From an uncultured Clostridia bacterium (GTDB taxonomy: Bacteria > Bacillota > Clostridia > TANB77 > CAG-508), in contig CANQNU010000001.1 in NCBI GenBank assembly GCA_947625295.1, positions 5,919-69,918 of the forward strand: a DNA stretch of 64,000 nucleotides. Reading direction: 5' to 3'. The notes beneath the pieces were generated by a model. It saw only the letters and a program-made list of their open reading frames with translations, searched no databases and was not told the DNA's origin. Shown here in pieces: positions 22,471 through 31,749 of this stretch. Positions within the stretch are counted from its first letter, which is position 1. Each line of letters opens with the position of its first letter. The position numbers and the translations under genes were made by a program.

Positions 22471-22953
22471 ATGGGTTTATTAAAAAACGAATATAAAAGT
22501 TTTTTAGATGACATAGAAAAAAATATTAAGAACAAAGAAGATTTAGAATATATCAAAGAAAGATTTTCATCTTTTGTTGATGTAGTTTTAAATCAAATGG
22601 ACTATATTATGGATTATAAAGAAGATAAAATTTCAGAATTAGAAAATACACAAAAAGAATTAGATGAAAAAATGTCAAAAATGCAACAAATAATTGACAA
22701 TATAGAAAAGGATATTTATGCAGAAGATGGATTTGATTTTGAAATAGTATGTCCATATTGCAATTATGAATTTATTATTGATCTTGATGAAAATAAGACA
22801 GAAATAGAATGTCCAGAATGTAAGAATACTATTGAATTAGACTGGACAGGAGATATTGAAAATGAGCATGATGAAGAAACATGTCAAGGTAATTGCCATG
22901 GTTGTCATGGTTGTAGCAATGAAGAACAAGATGAAGAAGATGATGATATGTAA
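22471..22953 (+). CDS. Zinc-ribbon protein with acidic C-terminal tail (conserved hypothetical downstream of efp)
   Basis: CPYCNYEF...CPECKN, then CQGNCHGCHGC, then EEQDEEDDDM. Confidence 0.5.
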   Translation: MGLLKNEYKSFLDDIEKNIKNKEDLEYIKERFSSFVDVVLNQMDYIMDYKEDKISELENTQKELDEKMSKMQQIIDNIEKDIYAEDGFDFEIVCPYCNYEFIIDLDENKTEIECPECKNTIELDWTGDIENEHDEETCQGNCHGCHGCSNEEQDEEDDDM

Positions 22954-22956
22954 AAT

Positions 22957-22986
22957 AACTAGGGGAGTAGCCCTTAGTTATTTTTA
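22957..22986. terminator. Rho-independent terminator, possibly bidirectional, between convergent genes
   Basis: aactagggg-agtag-cccttagtt followed by attttt. Confidence 0.5.
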
Positions 22987-23055
22987 TGTATGGATAATTT
23001 TATATAATGGAATTTGTGAAATAGTCAAAGAAGCATATATTTAGATAACATTTTA

Positions 23056-23649
23056 TTAAAAATAATTTAAAGGATTAGTGTAATTTCCATCAATTCTAAT
23101 TCCTAGATGTAAATGTGGACCAGTAGTAGCACCGTTTGTAGGTTTTCCTTCAGAGTCAAAATATTGATTACCTTTTACACCATACACATTTTTAGGACCT
23201 ACACATCCAATAACTTGTCCTTGTTTTACTTTATTACCTACTGAAACAATAAAATTAGGATCACAATGGCAATAACTTATCTTAAAATTATCAAAAGAAA
23301 GAGTAATAGTGTAGCCACCTGCACCAAGAAATTGACAAAAAGTAATCTCTCCATCAGCAACGGCAATAAACTTTGTACCCTGAGGAGCAGGAATATCAAT
23401 ACCACTGTGAGAAGAAGAAGCACCACTTGTTGGAGAAGTACGTTTGCCGAATGGAGAACTAATTCTAGTATACCCTGGGATAGGCCACACAAATCCATTA
23501 GGATTAAAATCAATAATTTCAGAATCAAGTATATTGGAGTTAGAATAAGAATTTGAATTTAAGATAGGAATAAAAAATATACAAATAAATAATGAAATAA
23601 GAATAGTAAAGGTAAAAAACTTATTTAATATTTGTGAAATAAAAATCAT
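23056..23649 (-). CDS. Secreted M23-family peptidase
   Basis: Signal peptide. HSGIDIPAPQGT, GPHLHLGIRIDG. Confidence 0.8.
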   Translation of the reverse strand: MIFISQILNKFFTFTILISLFICIFFIPILNSNSYSNSNILDSEIIDFNPNGFVWPIPGYTRISSPFGKRTSPTSGASSSHSGIDIPAPQGTKFIAVADGEITFCQFLGAGGYTITLSFDNFKISYCHCDPNFIVSVGNKVKQGQVIGCVGPKNVYGVKGNQYFDSEGKPTNGATTGPHLHLGIRIDGNYTNPLNYF

Positions 23650-23751
23650 CTCCTTAAATAAATCAATATTGAATAAAATTTTAAATTAATATTATATATA
23701 ATAATAAATATAAAAAGAAGGAAATTATAAAAATCCTTCTTTTCATTATTA

Positions 23752-23826
23752 TGGCAGGGGTAGAAGGATTCGAACCCTCACAGGCGGTTTTGGAGACCGA
23801 TGTGCTACCATTAACACTATACCCCT
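23752..23826 (-). tRNA. trnW: tRNA-Trp (anticodon CCA). The CCA end is encoded
   Basis: The reverse complement folds as a cloverleaf: acceptor AGGGGTA/TACCCCT, D-stem GTGT/GCAC, anticodon loop CTCCAAA, T-stem GAGGG/CCTTC, T-loop TTCGAAT. Confidence 0.85.
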
Positions 23827-23893
23827 ATATTTAAAATACATATAATATATTAGCATAAAAAAAATAAATTATCAATATTTTTTTAAAAAAATA

Positions 23894-23922
23894 TTGACTT
23901 TTTTAGAAGTTGATAATACAAT
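23894..23922 (+). promoter_or_regulatory. Putative promoter TTGACT-17-TACAAT for the glyQS leader
   Basis: ttgact tttttagaagttgataa tacaat. Confidence 0.4.
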
Positions 23923-23928
23923 ATATGA

Positions 23929-24150
23929 AATTAAATAATAAAGATTACTAGGAAAAAGAAAAAATACTATAAAATTTATTTATAGAGAATTGGTGATGGT
24001 GGAATACCAATAATAAATTAGTATGGGGAACTTTGGAGTAATATAAAAATTAAGGTGCTTAAAACAGAAATGTTTTAGGAATTAGGGTGGAAACGCGGAA
24101 ACTTAACTTTCGTCCCTAGCTATTATGCTAGGCTCGAAAGTTTTTTTTCT
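23929..24150 (+). promoter_or_regulatory. T-box riboswitch leader of glyQS, with an intrinsic terminator at 24106-24148
   Basis: Conserved T-box sequence aattagggtggaaacgcgg (24080-24098). Terminator aactttcg/cgaaagtt + ccctagc/gctagg followed by tttttttt. Confidence 0.8.
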
Positions 24151-24187
24151 CTATCCAAAAAATTATCATTAAAAAGGAGAAATTTTT

Positions 24188-25570
24188 ATGCTAAAATCAA
24201 TGGATACTTTAGTTGCTTTATGTAAAAATAGAGGAATTATTTATGCAGGATCAGAAATTTATGGAGGACTTGCAAATACATGGGATTATGGTCCTTTAGG
24301 AAATGAAATTAAAAATAATGTAAAAAATGCATGGAGAAAGAAATTTATTCAAGAACAGAAGAATATTGTAGGTTTAGATGCTGCAATATTAATGAATCCA
24401 GAAACTTGGGTTGCTTCAGGTCATATTGGAGGTTTTTCTGATCCATTAATTGATTGTAAAGAATGTAAGACAAGACATAGAGCAGATAAATTAATAGAAG
24501 AATGGGCACATGATCAGGGTAAAGATATGATTGCAGATGGAATGTCTGATAAAGAAATGATTGACTTTATAGCTGATAATAAAATACCATGTCCTAATTG
24601 CCAAAAAACAAATTTTACAGATATTAGAAAATTCAACTTAATGTTTAAAACATTTCAGGGAGTAACAGAAGATACAACAGCTGAAATTTATTTAAGACCA
24701 GAAACAGCACAAGGAATTTTTGTTGATTTCAAAAATGTATTGCGTACATCAAGAAAGAAAATGCCAATGGGAATTGCACAAATCGGAAAAGCTTTTAGAA
24801 ATGAAATAACACCAGGAAACTTTACTTTTAGAACTCGTGAATTTGAACAAATGGAATTAGAATTTTTCTGTAAGCCAGGAACTGACTTAGAATGGCATAA
24901 ATATTGGAAAGATTACTGTAAAAACTGGTTATTAAATTTAGGAATTAAAGAAGAAAATATTAGATTAAGAGATCACTCTAAAGAAGAATTAGTATTTTAT
25001 AGTAAAGCGACAACAGACATAGAGTTTGCCTTCCCATTTGGTTGGGGAGAATTATGGGGAATTGCAGATAGAACAGATTACGACTTAACACAACATATGA
25101 ACCATTCAAAACAAGACTTATCATATCAAGATCCAGAAACAAATGAAAAATATGTACCATATGTTATTGAGCCATCATTAGGAGCAGATAGAGTAGTACT
25201 AGCATTTTTGTGCAATGCATATGACGAAGAAGAAATTGCGAAAGGAGATACAAGAACAGTATTACACTTACATCCAGCTATAGCACCATATAAAGTAGCA
25301 ATATTGCCATTGTCTAAAAAATTATCAGAAAAAGCAGACGAAGTATATCAAAAACTTTCAAAGAAATTTATGTGTGATTATGATGAAGCAGGTTCTATTG
25401 GAAAACGATATAGAAGAGAAGATGAAATAGGAACACCATATTGTGTAACAATAGATTTTGATACATTAGAAGACGAAACAGTTACAGTACGTGATAGGGA
25501 TACTATGGAACAAATAAGAGTGAAAATTGATGAACTTGAAAATTGGATTCAAGAAAAAATAGAATTTTAA
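24188..25570 (+). CDS. glyQS: Glycine--tRNA ligase (single-chain GlyQS type)
   Basis: [11 protein letters not shown], class II aaRS motifs, 460 aa. Confidence 0.95.
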   Translation: MLKSMDTLVALCKNRGIIYAGSEIYGGLANTWDYGPLGNEIKNNVKNAWRKKFIQEQKNIVGLDAAILMNPETWVASGHIGGFSDPLIDCKECKTRHRADKLIEEWAHDQGKDMIADGMSDKEMIDFIADNKIPCPNCQKTNFTDIRKFNLMFKTFQGVTEDTTAEIYLRPETAQGIFVDFKNVLRTSRKKMPMGIAQIGKAFRNEITPGNFTFRTREFEQMELEFFCKPGTDLEWHKYWKDYCKNWLLNLGIKEENIRLRDHSKEELVFYSKATTDIEFAFPFGWGELWGIADRTDYDLTQHMNHSKQDLSYQDPETNEKYVPYVIEPSLGADRVVLAFLCNAYDEEEIAKGDTRTVLHLHPAIAPYKVAILPLSKKLSEKADEVYQKLSKKFMCDYDEAGSIGKRYRREDEIGTPYCVTIDFDTLEDETVTVRDRDTMEQIRVKIDELENWIQEKIEF

Positions 25571-25656
25571 TTACAACTTCAGCAAAGTAATAATAAATGT
25601 TATATATAAATTTGGTTACTCTACTTTTTATAATGAACTAATAAGAAAATAAATAG

Positions 25657-25700
25657 AAAAATAGCAGATAAAACTATATGTATTTAACTGCTATTTTTTT
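25657..25700 (+). terminator. Rho-independent terminator
   Basis: aaaaatagcag - 20-nt loop - ctgctattttttt. Confidence 0.6.
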
Positions 25701-26062
25701 GTTAAAACTAATTAAATTTTTATAATTGTAACTATTTCATTGCATAGAAAGTCATTTGACAAAATTCTGTAGTTTTTAGAATTCAAAAGCTGATTTCTGT
25801 AACATTTTTTAGAAATTTTAAAAATAAATGTAATATTACAAGATATAATATAAAATACAAATAGCGCGAAGATAATAATATTTTTATATTTGAGAGTGAA
25901 ATTGTGGGGACCGTTCAAAAATTCCCAAAAGTTTGTAAAAACTTTTGTTAGAATTTTTAGAATGGGGATAACGAAAAAATATAAAAATATTATTATCTGG
26001 GAGCAAGTGATTTATATTTATAAATTCACAGCAATAATTTTAAACGATTGCCTTAGAATAAT

Positions 26063-26090
26063 TGACAAAACGGCTAATAAAGGATAGAAT
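26063..26090 (+). promoter_or_regulatory. Putative promoter TTGACA-16-TAGAAT in front of the glycopolymer locus
   Basis: ttgaca aaacggctaataaagga tagaat. Confidence 0.4.
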
Positions 26091-26137
26091 ATACAATGTA
26101 TAAAAATGTATGAAAATTTATGAGAGGAAAGCAAAAT

Positions 26138-26929
26138 ATGGAATTTATAAAAACAATATTTACAAATAGAAAATTAGCATTTTCATTAGGAAAAAACGAC
26201 TTTAAAAATAGATTCGCAAATACAAGTTTAGGAAGTATATGGGGATTTTTGCAACCATTTATATTTATGATTACTTATGTAATTGTATTTCAATATATTT
26301 TAAAAACAGGAAGTGCAGGAAATGATCCATATGTCGTATGGTTTTTACCAGGAATGGCAATGTGGCAATGCATAAATGACACAATACTAAATGCAAGTAG
26401 TTCAATTAGAAATTATAGTTATTTAGTAAAAAAAGTAGTATTTCCAGTAGATATCATACCAATTATTTCCATAATAGCCAGTAGTTTTGTAGCATTGTTT
26501 TTATTTGTTGTAGCAATTGTAGTTGGATGTATTTTTCATTATGTGCCAAACTTTTTACAAGTAATTTACATTATTATAGCAGCATATGCATTTATGATAG
26601 CATTTACAAGATTCACATCAGCAGTTACAACTTTAGTACCAGATTTTTCACAATTGCTAGGAATTCTAATGCAATTATTTTTCTGGTTCACGCCAGTTGT
26701 ATGGAATTTGTCAATGCTTGAAAATCATCCAATAATTTTAGCAATAATGAAATGCATTCCATTTAATTATTTAGTATCAGGATTTAGAGATTCATTTATA
26801 TCAAGCAATATTGTAACAGAAAACAATTGGATTTATACAATTGTATTTTGGATAATTACTATTGTAATGTTTATATGGGGAAATTACATTTTTAAAAAGA
26901 GTAAAAAAGATTTTGCGGATGTATTATAA
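26138..26929 (+). CDS. ABC-2 type polysaccharide/teichoic-acid export permease (TagG/Wzm-like)
   Basis: 6 TM segments. N-terminal FKNRFANTSLGSIWGFLQP, typical of ABC-2 exporters. Confidence 0.8.
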   Translation: MEFIKTIFTNRKLAFSLGKNDFKNRFANTSLGSIWGFLQPFIFMITYVIVFQYILKTGSAGNDPYVVWFLPGMAMWQCINDTILNASSSIRNYSYLVKKVVFPVDIIPIISIIASSFVALFLFVVAIVVGCIFHYVPNFLQVIYIIIAAYAFMIAFTRFTSAVTTLVPDFSQLLGILMQLFFWFTPVVWNLSMLENHPIILAIMKCIPFNYLVSGFRDSFISSNIVTENNWIYTIVFWIITIVMFIWGNYIFKKSKKDFADVL

Positions 26930-26983
26930 AATATACAATTTTATATTCGTTCAAACTAAAAAATATAGATAGGATAGGTAAAA

Positions 26984-27976
26984 ATGAGTGAAAAGATAGA
27001 TGTATTACTTGCAACCTATAATGGAGAAAAATATTTAAAAGAACAAATTGATAGTATATTAAATCAAACATATCAAAATATTAATTTAATCATTTCAGAT
27101 GATTATTCAACAGATGGAACAAGAGAAATCTTAAAAGGATATGAGCAAAAAGATGAAAGAATAAAAGTATATTACCAAGAAAAAAATCAAGGATATATTA
27201 AAAATTTTGAATTTCTCTTAAAACAAGTAACATCTGATATATATATGTTATCAGACCAAGATGATGTATGGCTACCAGAAAAAATAGAAAAATCATATGA
27301 AACATTAAAAAATGAAAATGCAGATTTAGTATTTGGAGACTTAGAAGTAGTAGATGAAAATTTAAATACTATTTATCCATCATTCAATAAATTTATGCTA
27401 TTAGATAGAAAAATTAAGAAATACATCAATACATACAAATTAAATTATTTATATAATTGTATAACTGGTTGTACTATAATGTCAAAGAAAAAGTTTATAG
27501 AAAAAGTCCTACCATTTCCATCAACAACAAAATACATGCTACATGATTATTGGTTAGGAATTATTGTATCAATAGAAGGCAAATTAGCTTACATACCTGA
27601 AAAATATATAAAGTATAGACAACATGGAAATAATCAAATTGGAACAGACAAAATATCACATAAATTTAATAAATTTGAACAAGTAAGAAATTTATTTATT
27701 GATGTTAAATTAGGAGTTTTTGGAGCTTATTTAGATAATAATAAAAAATTTCCTAAAGAATTACAAAAATTAAACAATGATGCATATGAATATTTTAAAA
27801 CATTATCACAAAAAAAATATTTTAATTTTAGAGGTTGGAAAACATTCCATAAACTATATAAAACAGAAACACTTATATATTATATAGAAAACTTTTTGAT
27901 TATGAATATACCATTAATTGGAAAAATATTATTCAAAATAAAATATGTAATATTAAAAATAATGGGGAAAAGATAA
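26984..27976 (+). CDS. Glycosyltransferase family 2
   Basis: IDVLLATYNGEKYLKEQIDSILNQTY...IISDDYSTDGT. Confidence 0.8.
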   Translation: MSEKIDVLLATYNGEKYLKEQIDSILNQTYQNINLIISDDYSTDGTREILKGYEQKDERIKVYYQEKNQGYIKNFEFLLKQVTSDIYMLSDQDDVWLPEKIEKSYETLKNENADLVFGDLEVVDENLNTIYPSFNKFMLLDRKIKKYINTYKLNYLYNCITGCTIMSKKKFIEKVLPFPSTTKYMLHDYWLGIIVSIEGKLAYIPEKYIKYRQHGNNQIGTDKISHKFNKFEQVRNLFIDVKLGVFGAYLDNNKKFPKELQKLNNDAYEYFKTLSQKKYFNFRGWKTFHKLYKTETLIYYIENFLIMNIPLIGKILFKIKYVILKIMGKR

Positions 27977-27978
27977 AG

Positions 27979-28881
27979 ATGGAAGCTAAAAATAAAATAT
28001 TAATAAAGAAAATAGTATTTATACTAATATGTTTAGTTATTATAAGTATAATAATAAATTTAAATTGCAATGTTGTAAATGCAGAATTAATACAATTAAA
28101 AGATAATTCACCAAGGCAAATGATGGGATATATATTAAAAACAAAAGGAAACGAAGTAATTGTAATTGATGGAGGATTAAAGGAAGATGAACCTAATCTT
28201 TTAGAACATATTAAAAAATTAGGAGGAAAAGTTGATGCATGGTTTTTAACGCATCCACATATGGACCATGTTCAAGCTTTTATGGAAATAGTATATAATA
28301 CTGATATTAAAATAGAAAACATATATGTTACATTAAATGATTTAAATTGGTATCAAAAATACGCAGGAGAAAGGCTATTAGAAGTAGAAGAATTTTTTAA
28401 GATATTGCAAAATGAAAAAATAAAAGAAAAGATTAAATATGTAGAACAAAATGAAAATATTAATATTGATAATATAAAATGTGAAATATTAGGAGTTTGT
28501 AATCCAGAAATAACAGTTAACGCAGTAAATAATTCCAGTATGGTTATAAAAATGAATATAAATAAAACAAGTATTGTGTTTTTAGGGGATACAGGAGCAG
28601 AAAGTGGAAAAAAATTATTAGAAACACAAAAAGATAAATTAAAAGCAGATATTGTACAAGTTGCACATCATGGACAAAATGGTGTGGAAAAAGAAGTTTA
28701 TGAAGCAATACAAGCTAAAATCTGTTTATGGCCAACACCACAATGGCTATGGGATAATGATTCGGGAAATGGTTATAACACAGGGATTTGGAAGACAATA
28801 GAAACAAGAAAATGGATGGATGAGTTAGGAGTAAAAGAACATTATATTGAAAAAAATGGAGACACTACTTTAACATTATAA
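27979..28881 (+). CDS. Membrane-anchored MBL-fold metallo-hydrolase
   Basis: N-terminal TM anchor. WFLTHPHMDHVQAF (HxHxDH), VAHHGQNG. Confidence 0.7.
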   Translation: MEAKNKILIKKIVFILICLVIISIIINLNCNVVNAELIQLKDNSPRQMMGYILKTKGNEVIVIDGGLKEDEPNLLEHIKKLGGKVDAWFLTHPHMDHVQAFMEIVYNTDIKIENIYVTLNDLNWYQKYAGERLLEVEEFFKILQNEKIKEKIKYVEQNENINIDNIKCEILGVCNPEITVNAVNNSSMVIKMNINKTSIVFLGDTGAESGKKLLETQKDKLKADIVQVAHHGQNGVEKEVYEAIQAKICLWPTPQWLWDNDSGNGYNTGIWKTIETRKWMDELGVKEHYIEKNGDTTLTL

Positions 28882-28953
28882 AAATAAATTAATAAAAAGT
28901 ATTAAATAAAATTTGAAATTCTATAAAAAATCAAACTGCAAGGAGGAAAAAAC

Positions 28954-30267
28954 GTGAAAGATAATGAAGAACAAGAAGAATACGTAATTGAGATAGACAA
29001 TTTAGGTAAAGACTATAAAATGTTTGACAAAAAAATGGATAGATTAGTAGAAACAATAATTCCAATTGCAAAGAGACATCATACTTTTAAAGCAATGGAA
29101 GACTTTAATTTAAAAGTAAAAAAAGGTGAAGTTTTAGGAATTCTCGGAAAAAATGGAGCAGGTAAATCAACATTACTAAAAATGATAACAGGCGTTGTAA
29201 CACCAACAAATGGAAGTATAAAAGTAAACGGAAAAATCAGCTCATTATTAGAATTAGGAACAGCATTTAATATGGAATTAACAGGAATAGAGAATATTTA
29301 TCAACATGGACAAGTAATGGGACTTACCAATGAGCAAATAGAAGAAGTAAAACAAGATATAATAGATTTTGCAGATATAGGAGAACATCTATATCAACCA
29401 GTAAAAACGTATTCTTCTGGAATGTTTGCAAGACTTGCATTTGCATGTGCTATAAATGTAAACCCAGATATTTTAATAGTAGATGAAGTACTATCTGTAG
29501 GAGATATTGCCTTCCAATTAAAATGCTTTAAGAAGTTTGAGCAATTCAAAGAAAAAGGAAAAACTATTCTTTTTGTTACACATAATGTTACAGATATAAT
29601 AAGAAATTGTACAAGAGCAATAATTATAGATGAAGGAAAGAAAATATTTGACGGACAAGTTAAAGAGGCAGTAGAAAGATATAAGAAAATAATAGTAAAA
29701 TTAGATAAAAAAGAAGAAAAGAATTTAGAAGAAATTATCCAAAAAGAAGATGAAGTAGAAAAAATAAAAGAAGTAAAAGAAAATACTAATTGGAAAGATT
29801 ATCTAGAAGTAAATCCAAATTTAATACAATATGGAAACGAAAGTGCAGAAATAATAGATTTTGGAATTTTTGACGAAGAAGGAAATATAATAACTTCAAT
29901 TGAAAACGATAAAGAAGTAATATTAAAATCAAAAGTGAAGTTCAACAAAGACGTAAATGATCCTATTTTTACAATGACAGTAAAAGATTTCAAAGGATTA
30001 GATATAACTGGAACAAATACTGTTCAACAAAAAATAGCAACAGGAAAATTTAAAAAAGGTGATACAGCAATAGCAGAGTTTAAACAAAAATTAAGTTTAG
30101 CTCCAAATAAATACACACTATCTTTCAGTTGTACAAAATTTAATGCAAATGGAGAGTTAGAAGTTTTAGATAGAAAATATGATGCTTTATTAGTAGAAAT
30201 AACTTCAACCAAAGACTGCGTAGGACTATTTAGATTAGATTCTGATATAACTATATCTAAAATATAA
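28954..30267 (+). CDS. ABC transporter ATP-binding protein, TagH/Wzt-like, with C-terminal carbohydrate-binding (Wzt_C-like) domain. GTG start
   Basis: GILGKNGAGKSTLLKMI (Walker A), YSSGMFARLAFA signature, DEVLSVGD. About 190-aa C-terminal beta-rich extension. Confidence 0.85.
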   Translation: MKDNEEQEEYVIEIDNLGKDYKMFDKKMDRLVETIIPIAKRHHTFKAMEDFNLKVKKGEVLGILGKNGAGKSTLLKMITGVVTPTNGSIKVNGKISSLLELGTAFNMELTGIENIYQHGQVMGLTNEQIEEVKQDIIDFADIGEHLYQPVKTYSSGMFARLAFACAINVNPDILIVDEVLSVGDIAFQLKCFKKFEQFKEKGKTILFVTHNVTDIIRNCTRAIIIDEGKKIFDGQVKEAVERYKKIIVKLDKKEEKNLEEIIQKEDEVEKIKEVKENTNWKDYLEVNPNLIQYGNESAEIIDFGIFDEEGNIITSIENDKEVILKSKVKFNKDVNDPIFTMTVKDFKGLDITGTNTVQQKIATGKFKKGDTAIAEFKQKLSLAPNKYTLSFSCTKFNANGELEVLDRKYDALLVEITSTKDCVGLFRLDSDITISKI

Positions 30268-30286
30268 AGTATGGAGGAGTATATAA

Positions 30287-31747
30287 ATGATATTAAATAT
30301 GTTTGAAGCAAATATAATAAAGTGGTATCCATTTAAAGAGGATAAAGCAATACTTCAAATAGGAATCAATGAATCAATCACGAAAGAATTAAAGAAAATA
30401 TGCAAAAAAATTGATGTTATTTCAAAACCTGAAGAAATAGGAAATAATACAAAATATTATTATGTACTTATATATGGTTGTGAAAATTATGAAAATATAA
30501 TTGAAAAAGCTAAAAAAGTTTTAGATGAAGAAGGAAGCTTATTATTAGTAGGAAACAATGATTTAGGAATAAATAATTGGAGCAAATATAGCGGTATTGA
30601 TGAATTAGAAAATCATACTAAGAAAATCAATACAATATTCAAGATAAAAGAAGAACTAGAAAACAATTTTTTAGAAGAAACAAATACTTTTTATGTATTT
30701 CCTAATTATAAATTGCCAGAAATAATAATAAATAAAAATTTAAAAATAGAAAAAAGTTATTTAGAAAAATATTGTCCAACAATAGAAGAAAACGACATAA
30801 AAATATTTGATGAATCAAAGGTATTAAAAAACATAGTATCAAATAATCCTGAAATGATGGAATTTTTTGCAAATTCATACTTTATAGAAGCATCAAAAAA
30901 ACAAATAGAAACAAATATAAAATTAGTGTCTTATAATAATTGTAGAAATTCAGAATATAGGTTAATAACAATTATATCAGATGATATTGTAAAAAAAATC
31001 CCAGCTGAGCCAGAAGCACAAAAACAAATAGATAATATGAAAAATATTATAAACGATATAAAACAATATTCAATAGATATATTAGATTATGAAAAAGATG
31101 GCTTAATATATAGTAAACTTATAAAAAATGCTAAAACTCTAGATCAAATATTAGGAGAAAATTATAATAATTTAGATTATGTAGTAAAAATATTAAATGA
31201 TATAAAGGAAAAATTATTAAATTGTGAAGTATATGAAGAAAACAATTTACATATTATGAAAAAAGCATTTTGGGATATGGTTCCAAAAAACTGTTTCTAT
31301 ATAGATAACAAATATATATTTTTTGACCAAGAATGGGAAACAGAAAATTTACCTGTTGAATTTATAATATATCGTTCAATAACAAATTCTTATGATTTAG
31401 TAAGAAAGATAAATGTTGATGAATTATTAGAAAAGTTAGGAATTTTACAATATAAAAAAGATTTTGAAAAAATAGATGCTGAATTAAGAAAACCAATAAT
31501 AAATGAAGATTTATATCAAGAAATATATTGTAAAGAAATAAAAGCAATAGATAATTTAATAAATGATAAAAGAATAGCAGAAGAAGTAATAAAACAGGTA
31601 CAAGAAGATAATAATAAAAAACAAGAATATATAATAGCACTTGAAACAGACAATTTGAAAAAACAAGAATATATAAAAGCTCTTGAAGAAAAAAACGAGC
31701 AATATGAAAAAAAACTAGAAAGAAAAAGATTTTTTGGGAAGGAATAA
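30287..31747 (+). CDS. Hypothetical protein. Degenerate methyltransferase-like N-terminal region plus C-terminal coiled coil. Candidate chain terminator or length regulator
   Basis: 486-aa ORF. C-terminal heptad repeats KKQEYIIALETDNLKKQEYIKALEEKNEQYEKKLE. No confident family match. Confidence 0.4.
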   Translation: MILNMFEANIIKWYPFKEDKAILQIGINESITKELKKICKKIDVISKPEEIGNNTKYYYVLIYGCENYENIIEKAKKVLDEEGSLLLVGNNDLGINNWSKYSGIDELENHTKKINTIFKIKEELENNFLEETNTFYVFPNYKLPEIIINKNLKIEKSYLEKYCPTIEENDIKIFDESKVLKNIVSNNPEMMEFFANSYFIEASKKQIETNIKLVSYNNCRNSEYRLITIISDDIVKKIPAEPEAQKQIDNMKNIINDIKQYSIDILDYEKDGLIYSKLIKNAKTLDQILGENYNNLDYVVKILNDIKEKLLNCEVYEENNLHIMKKAFWDMVPKNCFYIDNKYIFFDQEWETENLPVEFIIYRSITNSYDLVRKINVDELLEKLGILQYKKDFEKIDAELRKPIINEDLYQEIYCKEIKAIDNLINDKRIAEEVIKQVQEDNNKKQEYIIALETDNLKKQEYIKALEEKNEQYEKKLERKRFFGKE

Positions 31748-31749
31748 AA

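Noticed and set aside
22856-23044. 62-aa ORF overlapping the end of the Zn-ribbon gene
   Set aside because: It is an out-of-frame overlap with the acidic tail and has no RBS
25890-26087. 65-aa ORF in the spacer upstream of the glycan locus
   Set aside because: No RBS and low complexity. The region is better explained as the promoter region (TTGACA-16-TAGAAT)
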